DNA of 64,000 nt from the human T2T-CHM13v2.0 reference genome, Homo sapiens (GCF_009914755.1 NC_060935.1), one strand, 5' to 3'. Positions 11,950 through 24,879 are shown, numbered from the stretch's first letter. The notes: generated by a model from the letters alone, not told the origin. Translations and numbers: made by a program.

Positions 11950-12682
11950 AGCAGATTAATAAAGAGCCAGCATTTATTAAATATGCTATTTATAGCTCTA
12001 TGATAAAATATCAATTGTCTTTGTCCAACAGTAGTTTATTTTTAAAATTTGAGGTGGGTCTGGGGAGGCTGATGGAGATGGGGCTGAAGACCCCCAAGCC
12101 ATCCAGTAGCATTGCCACTGACTACAGGGAAATCAAGTGTTCTGGAGCCACAGAAGACAGGAGAGACAGCCACCAGAGACATATATGAAGATGAGGTTTC
12201 AATAGGAAATAGGCAGGAGGGTTAAGAGATACTTGAGGACTAGCAGCTGTCAACATCAGAACAGTTAACTCTTTCATGCTTGGCTCACAAGGAGACAAAC
12301 TTGAGGTAACACATTCGAGTCAGAGTGGGCAAGAAATGCCCCCCCCCCAAGGGAAGAGGAACCCAGAGAAAGCAAGGCTATGTTAACACCATCACAGATA
12401 ATTTGAGCTGTGGGAATCTCAAAGGGCAGGCAGAGAGAGAGATCTCTCTTTCTCTCTAAAGCTAAATATTCTTTTTGTTTTCTAGTCACAGTGCAAAGTT
12501 TCATGTTGAAGTTGATGGTGTTTAATTAGACAATTGAGCCTGAGGCTAAAGTTACAACTGAGCACTAACAATGAGCATCTTCTTTATGATATGTAGAAAC
12601 CGCTAGCTATAATTTTAGGAATGGAGATCATTGAAACTACAATGAATTAATTAATTTCATTTATATTGATTGAGTGACTACA
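11950..12682 (+). mobile_element. Ancient LTR, LTR78/79-like (tentative)
   Basis: AATTGTCTTTGTCCAACAGTAGTTTATTTT..GAGGTGGGTCT and a ..TTGAAACTACAAT..TACA end resemble recalled consensus. Confidence 0.4.
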
Positions 12683-14904
12683 ACATGGCCACTCTCCTTT
12701 CTGTCTGGCCTTTGCCTAGAACTTCACAATGGCTTTCTTGGAAAAATCACCTTTGTATTAAGACAGAGTTATGGTAGAAATGACAAGATTTCACAGGGCC
12801 CACTCTCCCTTCTAAAGTCAGACACCCAACTTGACAAGCCACACTAAGTTGGGGTAAAATAGGGTTACCAGGATTTTTCTGCCTCTTCACCCTCTAATTC
12901 TTTGGGAATTAGTGGAATTCCCCTTTAGTACCTCCTAAATACTTCTAGGATTCCACAGGGGACATCTCACATGTCTCACAGGGGTTCCACAAGCAGGGCC
13001 TCCAGATCTCAATCTTTCTGTGGAGTCAGCTGCTTCCCTCATAGCTTCATCCAGAGCTGCTGCTGGAAGCCATCCATGTCTGTTCAGGCTGGAAGCCACC
13101 ACCACAGCTGCTACTGGTCCTGGGTTGCAGCAGCCCCCTTTCCCATACCACAGAAACTTGCTACCAGTACTGGCAACCTGCCTTAAATACCAGGGCAGAT
13201 ATTAGTGAGGCTGTGTCACATGCATCATCATCATCATCATTTTGACTTTCTCTTTTATAATAGGCTTCATGCCCCAGAGCTCAGGCATGGAATCCTGAGG
13301 GCAGATACAGATCTACTTCCAGAATCACTCCACCCTTCTGATTTCAGAAATGTCATCTCCTCTTGACTCTCCTTTCTTTAGGGTGAAATTTTTCCCAAGG
13401 GGCTCTTGGTTCCATATAAACTGACCCCTGGTAGTCCTGAGGGTCTTTCAAGATGCCCAAACATGCCCACATCCAAGGCATTATGTTCAATCGTTAAATA
13501 ATTAAAATCCTTAAACAAGAAGGATACTCAATGGGGAGGTGGGCAGGAGGTTTTTTGAGACTGGGGAAAAGAATGATGGGTCAGAGTTGGCAGGAAATCA
13601 CTGATGCTGAAGGAAAGGACAGAGCTAGGATGGAAAAAAAGACAACCACTGGGTGAGTAGGGCTGGTTCTAGAGGGCTGGTTCAAATTGTAAAGTACAGA
13701 AAATAAGATTTAAGTAGCCTTGTTCCTCAAACTCCTCCCCTTCCTTTTCCTCATTGTGCCCATCCAACTGGGCTTTCTTCGTCACTCTGCTACTTCCTCC
13801 TCCAGACCTTCCCCGAATCCAAGCTCCTCTTGCTCCAGGCCTTCTAAGAGCTTGCTACCATGAGAGAAAAGTAGTTGATTAATTCTCTCTATAGTGTTAA
13901 TGACTAAGGAAGCCCTAAAATATTCCCTTTGGAAGGTGAGGGGGGCAACTTTCAGTCCAGCAGCAGGCCTGAAGGGAACCCATTTTGGCCAGTGGTGCTT
14001 CTGGAAATGTTTCTGAGCAGATGCTTGGAAACTCAGCTCTGTCTGCCACTGGCCCTTTTCTCCAGCAGAACCTTTCCTCAGGCTCTCCCAGTGGTCCGCT
14101 CCCCAGGAACGCAGTTTCAGGGGATTATGCAAAGCTAATTGCACTCTCCAGGAAAAGTTCATAAATGTTGTTATTTACTCCCTTAAATAACACCCCTTAT
14201 ATGTCCTAAGTGCTTTGGAGATATGCAGAAAAAGCACAGCAGGTTCTAGAAACCCAAGAGATTCTTTGCCACTTAAAAAAAAATATTTTTGTCCTAACAG
14301 CTGTTTATTATAATCTCTTGAAAAGCCAAAAATGCAATCAGCTTCCCTGCTGGACTAGCTGCATTACTTGCCACATTGTGTGGAATGCTTTATTCAGTGC
14401 CGGGCCTGTTTGGTTTTGTAGGCCTGAGCAAAGAGTTGGGCAGGACTTACGGGGTTGGAGAAAACTGAATGTTACAATCCACCTCTTAATGGCCATGATG
14501 CCTTTACCCAAATAGAAGAAGTAGCCTCTCTTTTCCTCCAGGGATCCTCCGTCAGGGTCTGCCTTGGGTGACTGGCTCATAATGGATGCCGTTCGCCATT
14601 CTTTTGGAACTATCTAGTGGTGATTTTTTTTTTTAACTTGTTTAGAAGTGTGAGAAGCCAAGAAGGAAATGACTACCTCTAGAAAGCCTTTCCTGAACGC
14701 TTCGACGGAGCTACAATGGAGATGATGTGGTCCACCTTTGGGGTAGGCTCGTAAGAACTGCAGTGGATGTAAGTTTTCAAGCACAGAGTAGGTGCTCAAA
14801 AATGGTCATGTGCCTTTCCTCTTGCTTCCCCTGGGAAAATCCCCATTCCACTGAATGAAAGTGTGACATCACCAGGACTCTACTGAGCTTGGTAAACAAG
14901 CCTC

Positions 14905-15353
14905 AATTTAATGATTGCCGGGCCAGGTTTCATATTTGCATGGGGCCGGTGGCTCCTTTTGTTTTGGCCAATTTCTCCCATTTGTAACCAGAACATTAAC
15001 CCAATGCCTGTACCCCCATTGTATTTTGGAAGTAACTGACTTGTATTTTGATTTTACAGGCTCATAGCGGAAGGGACTTGCATTGTCTCAGATGAGACTT
15101 TGAACTTGGACTTTTGAGTTAATACTGGAATTAGTTAAGACGTTGGGGGACTGTTAAGAAGGAATGATTGGTTCTGAAATGTGAAAAGGACATGAGATTT
15201 GGGAAGGGCCAGGGGCGGAATGATATGGTTTGGCTCTGTGTCCCCACCCAAATCTCATCTTGAATTGTAATCCCTACGTATTGGATTACACGAAATGGTC
15301 CAGTGAAGTCAACTTGTCACCAAGTTGGTTGAAGGTGATTGAATCATGGGGGC
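14905..15353 (+). mobile_element. THE1D/MSTA-type MaLR internal 3' end, polypurine tract and truncated 3' LTR
   Basis: GATTTTACAGGCTCATAG..GAGATTTGGGAAGGGCCAGGGGCGGAA|TGATATGGTTTGGCTCTGTGTCCCCACCCAAATCTC; LTR starts at 15221. Confidence 0.9.
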
Positions 15354-15784
15354 CTTTATGCTCAGCTTTCACTGGATATTCCCCTACCAGGGAGGCTGGG
15401 ATCTCAGGATCTGGGTCCCTGAGGACCTTTTGTAAAGTTCTCATGCAAAATAACTCACAGAGTTGAGGTGCAGAGATGATTGAAAAATGATGTCTCCTCT
15501 GGGCTGTCATGGGGCAAACATCCAGGAGAACATGTGTAGATGGTCCACGTGGAATTTTCTACCTACTGACTCCTCACTGGCAGATGTTGTTGCCAATAGA
15601 ATTCATTTGAAATGATTGCCGACATGATGTCATAGAGAAAATATTGTGAGTTCCAGGATGGTGTGGGCAGGGTTGGTAGGTAAGAATGGGATAATGGAAA
15701 ATGAATAAGTAACAGGGCAGATTTGAAGGGGAAGAAAGAGGAGAGGGCAAGAAGGAGGAGAAAGAAAAGGAAGAGAAGGAGGAG

Positions 15785-16020
15785 AGCTAATATTGCTTTA
15801 GCTCCTCCATACACAAGGCTCTGTGCTAAGCGCTCCAAATACCTATCTCATTTAAACCTCATGGGGCCAGTACTTATAATCAGTATATTACAGATAAGGA
15901 AACTGAGCATCAGTAACTTACTCCAAGTCACATAGTCACATAGCTTGGAAGTGGGTTTCATATCTTAGAATTCAAATCCGAGTCTGTCTATTCCCAGAGC
16001 CCTTGAACTTATCCATTATA
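15785..16020 (-). mobile_element. MIR
   Basis: TTACAGATAAGGAAACTGAG core, CCAAGTCACATAG, ATTCAAATCC. Confidence 0.8.
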
Positions 16021-16330
16021 GGTATTTAAGACCAAATAAGAAGGTGGCAGGAACCTTTTTTAAGGTTGGACTCTGAAAGTTAGCTAGGACTTCAGCAGAT
16101 GAAGGCAGAAGGGACATTTTAGCTGGCAGCAACGTCTGCGTGAAGTCAGAGAGTTGGGGCGCATGGGTGGAAAGAGCTGCTTAGCCAGGAGGCAGAGTGG
16201 CTCCTTGTTTATAACACAACCTTTGACGTTTTAAGTTTCTATGGAGTGGAAACAGCACTGAAAAAGATACTCTGAGAATTAAATGAGATGAGGTGCCAGG
16301 CAGAGAATCTGGCATTCAATAAATGGTAGT

Positions 16331-17480
16331 TCATTCACCTGTCCAACAAATATTTTCTAAATGTCTACTGTACATTAGGCAAGGGGAGGGGTCTGTCCAA
16401 GCAGAACTGACCTAGTCCTTGCCCTTTTGAAGGCTATATTCTAGAAGGGAAGAGTGACATTTAATCATTTATGACATGGTTTAGCAACAATAGTGGTAAG
16501 GCTTCCTCATAAGAGAAGTAGGAAGCACTATAAACCTTTACGACAAGGAAGTTGAGCTAAGAAGGATGAGTAGGAATTACCTAGACAAAGTAAGTGTGTG
16601 TGCATTTGTGTGTGTGTGGGCCACATTAGGGGTCATTTTGAGCAATAAAAAGCCCTGAATGTCTTAGCAGGGGAGGGATGTGGTCATTAACTGACATGAT
16701 CAGATATTGGAGAGAGGATAACTAGGCTCTCAGGGAGCTACTGAAAATGCTTGAGTGACAGAATGATACCGTCAGCACAGCACAGCCATCTTAATAAACT
16801 TATTCTTAGAGCCATGTACATGCATAATGGGCGAGAGACTTAAGGCTGAGGGGTCAGCTGGAAGCTCTTGTCAAGGCATGAGCTGATAAATGTCTGAACT
16901 AGACTGCAGGCAGTAGGAACCTACAGGATAAACAAACGCAAGACACATTTTTCAAGGAAGGAATGACAAGGTTTTGAGCTTTCTTGGAAGTGGGAGGTGA
17001 AGGAAAGGGAAGAGTAAAAGATGGCTAGGAAGTTTCAGATCTGGATGATAGTAAGAATGAGGATGTCACAGCCAGAAATAGAAAAGTCAGAAGGAAGAGC
17101 TGCCGTAAGGAGAAAGATGGGCAACTTCCATTTTCAGCACACTGAGTCAGAGAGGACAGCATTCCCTGGGAAGAGCGGAGGGTCTTGAATACACATCTGA
17201 GAAATACACATTCTGCTGATTAAGATTGTAAACAGGAGCTGCTGAGTGAAGGTGGCTAGGGGGTGGCCTTTGGTCAACTTCTGACAATGGTGTGGGTGAG
17301 AACAGAGGAGTAGACACTGTCAGGGGAAGAGAGAGAAGAGTGGCTAAGGCACAGGGCATTGAAGGCCACCCCCACTTAGGAGGTCGATGCAGAAAGTCAG
17401 CCAGGGAGCATGCAGAGAACAGAGACGGGAGCAGGGGCTGGAAGTCAGGAGAGGCTGGTGGAAGATGGAAGGTGGCCAGG
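16331..17480 (-). mobile_element. L2 fragments
   Basis: CATTCA..CAACAAATATTT 3' end; GGAGGTGAAGGAAAGGGAAGAGTAAAAGATG purine-rich L2 body. Confidence 0.65.
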
Positions 17481-17661
17481 TGCCCTCAGAGCCCAGGCAG
17501 GCAAGGCAGAGAGAGGCAGGGGACTGAAGCTGTGTTGGAACCCTGAGCCCCCACATTTCACTGCAGCACTGGAGGTTCCTGTGGAACCTGGCCCTTCTCA
17601 GCCACAAGACCCGGAGATGAGTACTGCTAAGAGGTGCCGTTCTGTCTGGCTACCATAATTT

Positions 17662-18450
17662 CTGAGGCCTGATGCCAGATAAAAATACAGGGCTTCTTAT
17701 TCAAAAGCAGGTAAAAAGTACTGTTATAAATTCTAAAATATAAAATGTTTGCCTTGCTTTTGTGGTCTCTCAACCTGTCATGGTGTTTTCTCATCTGCTA
17801 TTTAATGTTGCTTTTTCTGAGGCATGGGGACAGTCCTGACAAGCACAGACCCTCACAGGTGCCCAGACCCCGCCTGGCTGTGACTTGGTGTGTGGGCAAA
17901 TGATCTGCCCCAGAGCCAGGGGCAGGGAAATTGAGGCAGGCATCTCCCCTACCCAACTCATGGTGGATAGGTGACCCCAAAGGGGCTGCAACCTCTGTGC
18001 CAGGACTCACTGAGTGCATGTATTGGAGGTGCCAGCCTGGGGCCGGAATAGTTACCTTCATGCATGACCCCAAGATGCTGCAGAGCCAAATTGCCAAGTG
18101 CAACCCTCCCTGAGCCTGCATCTGAAGCCCTGCTCCCAGTGGCAGGGGCTGGTGAATACCAGGAAGGGTAAGGGGAGGGAGGATGGGCAGGGGTTGGAGG
18201 GTGGATGGTGAAAAAAACTTCCACCCCCAGGGGAGAAAGGCAGGTGGCAAAGGGTGAGATTTCCTAGGAACTGAAATTCCAAGCCCCAGTGCTCGCTTGG
18301 ACAAACAGCCCATCAGACTTCACATACAAAACAGACATTCAAGGATAAAATTGTCAAGAATTTCATTTTAAGACAGTGATAGCAGAGCATGAAGCTGCAG
18401 GCATGGGATCTGTGTGACTGCACTGGACATCCGCCTTTGAGGCTGGTCTC
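17662..18450 (-). mobile_element. MER45C-like hAT-Tip100 DNA transposon, near full length
   Basis: CTAAAATATAAA..CCTGTCATGGTGTTTT; CAGACCCTCACAGGTGCC; CCCATCAGACTTCAC..GATAAAATTGTCAAGAATTTC..GCAGAGCAT. Confidence 0.75.
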
Positions 18451-19458
18451 GAGTGAAAGGCGACCTCAGAGCCCACTGCCTGTACGCACAGTTGCTGAGG
18501 ATGTGCTAGGGAAGCTTTCTCTTTCTCTCCACCGCATTCTTATCTCTGTCTCTTAGTTATCTCTATGAGCACCCCAGCCCCCAGCACAAAGCAAACACCA
18601 AATGAACAGTGCCCCCTGGAGTTGTTCAGGAAGTGCACTTGTTTCTCACCCCCCACCCCTTTCTTTCTCCTTCTAACACTGGGGCTCGAGCAGGCTCAGG
18701 GCGCTGAGAGTCTGCAGCACAGTCTTTATTAGGTTTCCTATTTTCTGTCACAACAGACAAGCCTCACAAGACAAAAGAAAATCGATTCTTTATCGACCAC
18801 AGTCCAGCTGTTGGCTCCAGAGCCAAGGGAGGCAGCCAGGCACGCAGGTCTGACCTGTGTCCTCAGAGCCCACCGGTCCCTATGGGGCAGAGCTCAGCCT
18901 GCCTGCAGCCCGGGGTAGCTGCCCAGGGAATGGCAGCTTTCCTCGAGTTAGCACAAGGCCTTCTGTGGGGTAGGCCTGGCGTAGTGGGCATACAGCCAGG
19001 AAAGGCGTGAAGTGCCTGGTGTTGGTGCTTCTGCCTCCCTGCTCCGCCCCCACCTCCTCTTTCTCATGACTCCCCCTCCCTGGGATTGCCCAGCTGTGGG
19101 GTTAGCCAGGCTTGTGGGGCAAGGGTGGGGTTCGTGCCATGGTGCACTCTCTGCCTGGGGCTCTCCTTCCCTGCACATCCATTGGCTCCTAGAAGAAGCC
19201 CCAGTCAGGGTCCTCCAGCGTCAGGAAAGTGTTGAGGACCCACATTTCCATAAAGACCAATAATGAAGTGATCTGATTGGCTTCGGTTCTTAAAGTGGTG
19301 AATTTACATGCACTGGCAGAAAAGGAACACAAATAGGCCCTGCTTTTCTCTAATCCTGTAGACTATTCCACGTCTCTGTCCCAATGAACATTTCCATTTC
19401 CCTTCTTCCCTCCCTCCCTCCCTTCCTTCCTTCTTTCCTTTCTGTCTTCTCTCTCTGT

Positions 19459-19753
19459 CTTTTTTTTTTTTTTTGAGACAGAGTCTCATTCTGTCACCCA
19501 GGCTGGGGCGCAGTGGCACAATTATAGCTCACTGCAGCCTCAAATTCCTGGGCTTAAGCCATCCTCTGGCCTCAGGCTCCCAAGTAGCTGAGACTGCAGG
19601 TGTGAACCACTATGCCCGGCTAATTTTTAAAAATTTTTTGTAGAGATGGGGGTCTTGCTTTGTCACCCAGGCTAGTCTTGAACTCTAGGGCTCAAGTGAT
19701 CCTCTGGCCTCGGCCTCCCAAAGTGCTGGTATTATGGTCATGAACCATCCCCC
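19459..19753 (-). mobile_element. AluJ
   Basis: Poly-T, GAGACAGAGTCTC, ATAGCTCACTGCAGCCTC, GGCTCAAGTGATCCTC. Confidence 0.92.
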
Positions 19754-20364
19754 CAACGAACCAGCGAACATCTCCCTTTCTAAGTACCTATAAAATAAGC
19801 ATTATATCTCAAGCCAGTCAAAGCTGTAGGGCTGAATTAAGCCTCCAGTTCTACATTTAAGCAGATGGCTGTGGACTTTACCAAGAGGCTAAAGAAACGA
19901 ATGAACAGGGAGCAACATGGGGGGAGGGATTAGACCTTCAGAAGCTTGTGGGGTACTGGTGTAGGTGGCTACTGAGGGTTGTGACGTTACCTCCAAAAGA
20001 GTTGTCCTTACTCCACACCCAGAATGGAGGTCAGCCCTACTTGAGAGTCAGCTTTGAGAGAGACAGTCCTTAAACAACAGAGCAGAATTTGGGGGTGATG
20101 AAGTGCAAAGGCTTTAGAAGATGATCCAAACCCAGATGAGCAGATATGTGGTAACTGTACTGGGCTGGCCAGCGCCAAGTGCTTCAGGGAGCTCAGGAGG
20201 GCAGGGTCCTCCCTGTCCTCAGGGAGCTTGCAGGGGAGCTGGCAATCAGAAGTGGGAGTGGCTGCACACCTCGGGACTGGTGTGCTGAGGCAAGGCTGTA
20301 ATGCAGAGGGGAGATGTGGGAAGAAGGGAATGGGGACACAGAGACAGAGTGGTGGCCAAGGGTG

Positions 20365-20546
20365 GGCGGTAGCATGGACTCTGGGGTTCCAATCCCAGCT
20401 CTACTACTTTCTGGCTCTGGCTTCAGGCAGGTCACTTAACCTCTCTGTGCCTCCATTTCCTCATCTGTAAAATCAGCATGACAAAGATCATACCCACATC
20501 ATAGGTTTGTTGTGAGAATAAAGCCTTTAGAACTATGTTTGCTGCA
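20365..20546 (+). mobile_element. MIR
   Basis: GTCACTTAACCTCTCTGTGCCTCCATTTCCTCATCTGTAAAAT. Confidence 0.85.
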
Positions 20547-20557
20547 TCATAGGGACC

Positions 20558-20560
<3 letters not shown>

Positions 20561-20588
<28 letters not shown>

Positions 20589-20660
20589 GAGACGGAGTCT
20601 CGCTCTGTCGCCCAGGCTGGAGTGCAGTGGTGGGATCTCGGCTCACTGCAAGCTCCGCCT
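20561..20660 (-). mobile_element. 5'-truncated AluY, Ya5-like (72-bp body, A28 tail)
   Basis: Reverse complement GGCGGAGCTTGCAGTGAGCCGAGATCCCACCACTGCACTCC..; perfect TSD TCATAGGGACCATATTTT at 20547-20564 and 20660-20677 (overlapping the tail). Confidence 0.93.
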
Positions 20661-20989
20661 CATAGGGACCATATTTTATAAAATGATTTGTTGAATACTG
20701 GAACTAGTCTCAGATGCAATCATATTGGAAGGGGCACAGTCTAGGTAGCCAAAAATCATAAAAAGGGAATTCCCAATCTATAACTTCTATCTCCCAAGAA
20801 ACACTAAAGAAATGATAATTTGTAATTTCCAACAATTTTTATATTCCCAACCATCCTGCTCTGCACTCTCTCCTTCTGCAGCTCCTTCTACTAATGCATG
20901 CCCAGCCTCTGCCCACAGCTCAGTCTGTCTCCTTCCTTCGGTGCCTCAGAGACCTCCTTTTTCTGATTATACCTCAGTGATTGATTGGG

Positions 20990-21318
20990 GCTCTAGCTGC
21001 TGAGCTTTGGAATCCATGGCTGCCTTTGCCTGGAACCCATGCTTCCCAGGAGTTCTTCCCACCAATGACTGAGTGCAGCTGGAGGCTGAAGTCGAAAGAT
21101 AGGGTACCCCTCTGTCCACTGGCTTTGGCTCAGTGACTCTCAATGTCTTTGCCAAACCTTCCTTAGACTTCTGTATCCCCACCTGCCCAGCCTTGTGGTC
21201 TGACAGCTCTCCTAGCTTTCCCAGCTCACTTCTTATTTCCTTTCTCACAGGCATTTTCTTAAAATCCATGCACATTTGATTTCTCCTTGGTGTCTGCTCC
21301 TCAGAAGACCTGGACTGA
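20990..21318 (+). mobile_element. LTR16-family ERVL LTR
   Basis: CCAATGACTGAGTGCAGC; GCCAAACCTTCCTTAGACT; GGTCTGACAGCTCTCC; TTGGTGTCTGCTCCTCAGAAGACCTGGACT. Confidence 0.75.
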
Positions 21319-21559
21319 TCTCCTCTCCCCTTCTTCATTCATTATATAGATCAACTCACCCTCTCTGGATAAGTCCTTCCTCAGCCTCCCTCGCATCAAT
21401 TCAGCATCAGCAAGGTGCAGAACTAGTCTGGTGCATAGAGATTGGTTCAGAGGTCTTGAATGGGGTGAGCATGTGGGCAGAGAGGGCCCCTCTTACTCAG
21501 TTAATGGAGGAAGGGTTTACTCAGAATATCTGCTCATTGATATATTTTATCCCAGAACT

Positions 21560-21795
21560 AATAACATCCAAAAGCATTTTTAGTTCTTCCTGTGTGCCAG
21601 GCATTAGGATCAGAACTTTAGCTGAATTATTTCACTTAATCCTCACCACAGCACTGGGAGGCAGATATTACCATTTGCATTTTACAGATGAAAGTGAGGG
21701 AGGCTAATTATTGATCAAGGTCCTATAACTAACATGTAAGTGGTGGAGCCAGCCTTGAACCCTGCCTGTCTGACCCCAGTGCCCACGATCTCTGT
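21560..21795 (-). mobile_element. MIR
   Basis: TGTGCCAGGCA..TTAATCCTCAC..CATTTTACAGATGA..TTGAACCC..CTGTCTGAC. Confidence 0.8.
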
Positions 21796-22299
21796 GAGCA
21801 CAATATTGCCCACAGCATAGGCAGTGGTAGGCTCTGGGGCTCTGGGACTAAGAGGAACACAGAGTGGGAGGCAGTCTGGGGACAACCCATCCCACCGTGT
21901 GGAATCAACTTCCTCCCCAAAATGGGGAAGAAGTTGCACTCAGGGCATGAGTTTTGCTGCTCACAGGGGCAGCCACAGCTTTGAGGGAAAGGGGTAGAAA
22001 GAAGTGGGGAGCTGGTGGGAACGGGGCAGAGGCATCTGCTGGAGAACACTCAATGTCATCCTAAATTAGATCATAAAAAGTAAGTGCTTTTTAAAAGCAA
22101 TTTTACTGAGCAGGGGATGTGCTGTCAAGTTGCCTGGTGATTCAGAGGCTCTCTGCCTCCCAACCCCTTCTTTGGAGGTGGGGGTAAGGATATGGCTGTG
22201 GGGAAGAGTGGCTCAGCTTCTCTGTTGTCTGCTAGAGGTTGAAGTGACCCAGCTATGGCTGAATCCCAACCTGGCTGTCCTTAGCTCTTCCTGTACCCC

Positions 22300-22520
22300 C
22301 TTAGAGTCAGACAGAGCTGGGCTCCAATCCCAGCAGGACTACCCACCCAGAAGAGCTGTGTGACCTGAGAGGAGTTGCTAAACCTCTTTTAGCCTTAGTT
22401 CTACCCTCTCTGAACACAGAAATAATGCCAGAACCTTGGCTTTGGCTTCTTGTGAGCATTAAACGAAATAAAATCTGCACAGTCTGGCAAATAATAAGCC
22501 CTCAAAATTGGGACCTCTTT
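22300..22520 (+). mobile_element. MIR
   Basis: AGAGTCAGACAGAGCTGGGCTCCAATCCCAG..GCTGTGTGACC. Confidence 0.7.
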
Positions 22521-22694
22521 TTATTATTTATTTTTGTTTTTATCATTAACACCTGCCTGAGAGATTAAGAGTGGAGGGTTCAAAGTAAAAGGAAAGAAAG
22601 TCATGCCTGCTTCCAGAAAGTAACAGAGATTGCTACTGCTCACTAATGTTGAGTTCCTCCTCTTCTTCTTGGACCTCCCTTGCTCTATGATGAA

Positions 22695-22955
22695 TCCTGA
22701 CCAATGGGATGTATGCAGGAGTAATGTCCACCCGTGAAAACCTCCACCTTGTCTTTATGTCTTGTGATGACCTTATTGGAGATGGCAGCACCAAAGATGG
22801 TTAGAGCCTGGGTGCCTGCATGACTGCATGGAGGAGAGCCCTCTCACTCCACCACTGGTACCCCCTAATGGACTGCTAGGTGAGTGCAAGACAGCTTTGT
22901 GTCAAGTCACTTAGAATTTGAGGGTGTTTGTCTTAACATTTAGCCCATCTTGACT
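22695..22955 (+). mobile_element. Old MLT1 LTR fragment
   Basis: AGATGG..GAGCCTGGGTGCCTGCATGACTGCATGGAG; AAGTCACTTAGAATTTGAGGGTGTTTGT. Confidence 0.55.
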
Positions 22956-23909
22956 TTAGCAGTCAGCCAAACCACCACAGGGATTTTGTAACTTTCTGTG
23001 GCTTTAGATTGTTTGAAAGTTTCATGAAATGAGAGATGACCGGAGACAGTCTCTAAAGCCCTTCTCAGCTCAGACATTCAAGGTGGCTCACTGCTCACTA
23101 ATATGTAGTTAAGAAATGCCCTGTACCCTACTGGGAACCTATGAGCCAGCAGTCCTAGAGAAGCCTTCATAGGGTCCTAGGAACACCACCTATAGGGTCT
23201 CTCTCATCCTCTGGGTTTCCTACCCTGGGCCAGCCCTGCAGCAACTCTCCAGTTTCCCACCAGGTCAACATTTAGGGGACAGAGTGTGAGAGAGTCACTA
23301 AAGCCCAGATCATGTGAGTGAGCCGGAGTGACTGAGTATGTGTGCGCCAGTGTGTAGGGGCTGCACCTAAGTTGCTTTGCAAATATTTATTTGTAGATTT
23401 TTTTTCTTAAACAGGTGTTGGATGGTTATAGCTATGGAGAGCCGAAGCTAATCTCCATATTTCTGGGTGTTGGCAGGCACTATGTCAGTCAGAAACCCCT
23501 GCAGTGATGGCTGGATTCTCTGTCTCCTGCGCTCTCTCTCCCTGTAGGCCTCTTTCCTTTTACCCTGAGGCATCTTCCCAAGTGCTGACCCAGGGAATGT
23601 GCTTGCTATGAGCCATTGGATGCTGTCAGAGATGGAAGGGACCTACTCAGGGGATCATCTTTCTGGAGATGCAGAAAAGGAGAAAGGGAGAAGGGAGAAA
23701 GTGAAGTTGGGGAGAGGAGAAGAAAGGAGGGGAAAGGGAGGCAGGGAGGAGAGGAGGGACATTCATGTGGACTGGGTCCCTGCAGGGTGCCTTAGCAGAT
23801 CCCATTCACTACAGCCAAACAGAAACGGGTTCAACTCCTACTTAAGCCAACTACTGAGTAATGTCAGAAAAATTTCAAAGCTTTAGTTACACATCTTAAA
23901 ATGGAGATT

Positions 23910-24048
23910 GCCCAGGAATGGTGGCTCCCACCTGGCTCACTCCTGTAATCCCAGGAGGCTAAGGTGAAAGAATCACTTGACAGAAGTTCAAGACCAGCTT
24001 GGGCAACAAAGTGAGACCTCCCCTCTGCCAAAAAATAATAATAATAAA
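23910..24048 (+). mobile_element. FLAM/Alu monomer inserted in a MIR (~23810-24145)
   Basis: CCTGTAATCCCAG..AGTTCAAGACCAGCTTGGGCAACAAAGTGAGACC plus A-rich tail; flanks AAAATGGAGATT / AAATGGGATT from the MIR core. Confidence 0.8.
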
Positions 24049-24350
24049 TGGGATTATACTAGCTACCTCTTAGTGATGTGAGGATTAAATGAGATAATGT
24101 ACGTAAAGCCCACGTTGGCCGATAGAGATGCTTAACGAAGGGCAGATACAGTTGTCCCTTGGTATCCATGGGGGATTGGTTCTAGGACCCTTCATGGACA
24201 CCAAAATCTGCAGGTGATCAAGGCCCTTATATAAAATGGCATAGTACTTGCATATAACCTATGCATATCCTCCTGTATCTCTTAACAATGGGGATATATT
24301 TTGAGAACTATGTTGTTAGGTGATTTTGTCATTGTGCAAACATTATAGAG

Positions 24351-24879
24351 CAAGGATCCCCCACCCCCTGGGCCACAGACCAGTACCAGTGTGTGGCACG
24401 TTAGGAACCAGGCCTCACAGCAGGAAGTGAGCAGCAGATGAGCTAGGGAAGCTTCATCTGTATTTACAGCCACTCTTCATCATTTGTATTACTGCCTGAG
24501 CTCTGCCTCCTGTCAGATCAACAGTGACGTCAAATTCTCATAGGAGCACGAACCCTATTGTGAACTACACATGCCAGGGATCTAGGTTGCACCCTCCTTA
24601 TGAGAATCTAATGCCTGATGATCTATCACTGTCTCCCATTACCCCTAGATGGGACTGTTTAGTTGCAGGAAAACAAGCTCAGGGCTCCCACAGATTCTAC
24701 TTTATGGTGAGTTGTATAATTATTTCATTATATATTAATATTATAATAATAATAGAAATAAAGTGCACAATAAATGTAATGCACTTGAATCATCCTGAAG
24801 CCACCCCCCCCACCCCATTAGTGGAAAAATTATTTTCCACAAAACTGGTCCCTGGTGCCAGAAAGGTTGGGGACCACTG
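24351..24879 (+). mobile_element. MER1A (hAT-Charlie) inserted in Tigger3a
   Basis: CAAGGATCCCCCACCCC ... AAGGTTGGGGACCACTG; 8-bp TSD TTATAGAG/TTCTAGAG. Confidence 0.9.

Noticed and set aside
18735-18855. Possible exon after TTTTCTGTCACAACAG, and NFI-like TTGGC-N6-GCCAA
   Set aside because: Weak donor and unrecognised peptide; NFI needs an N5 spacer
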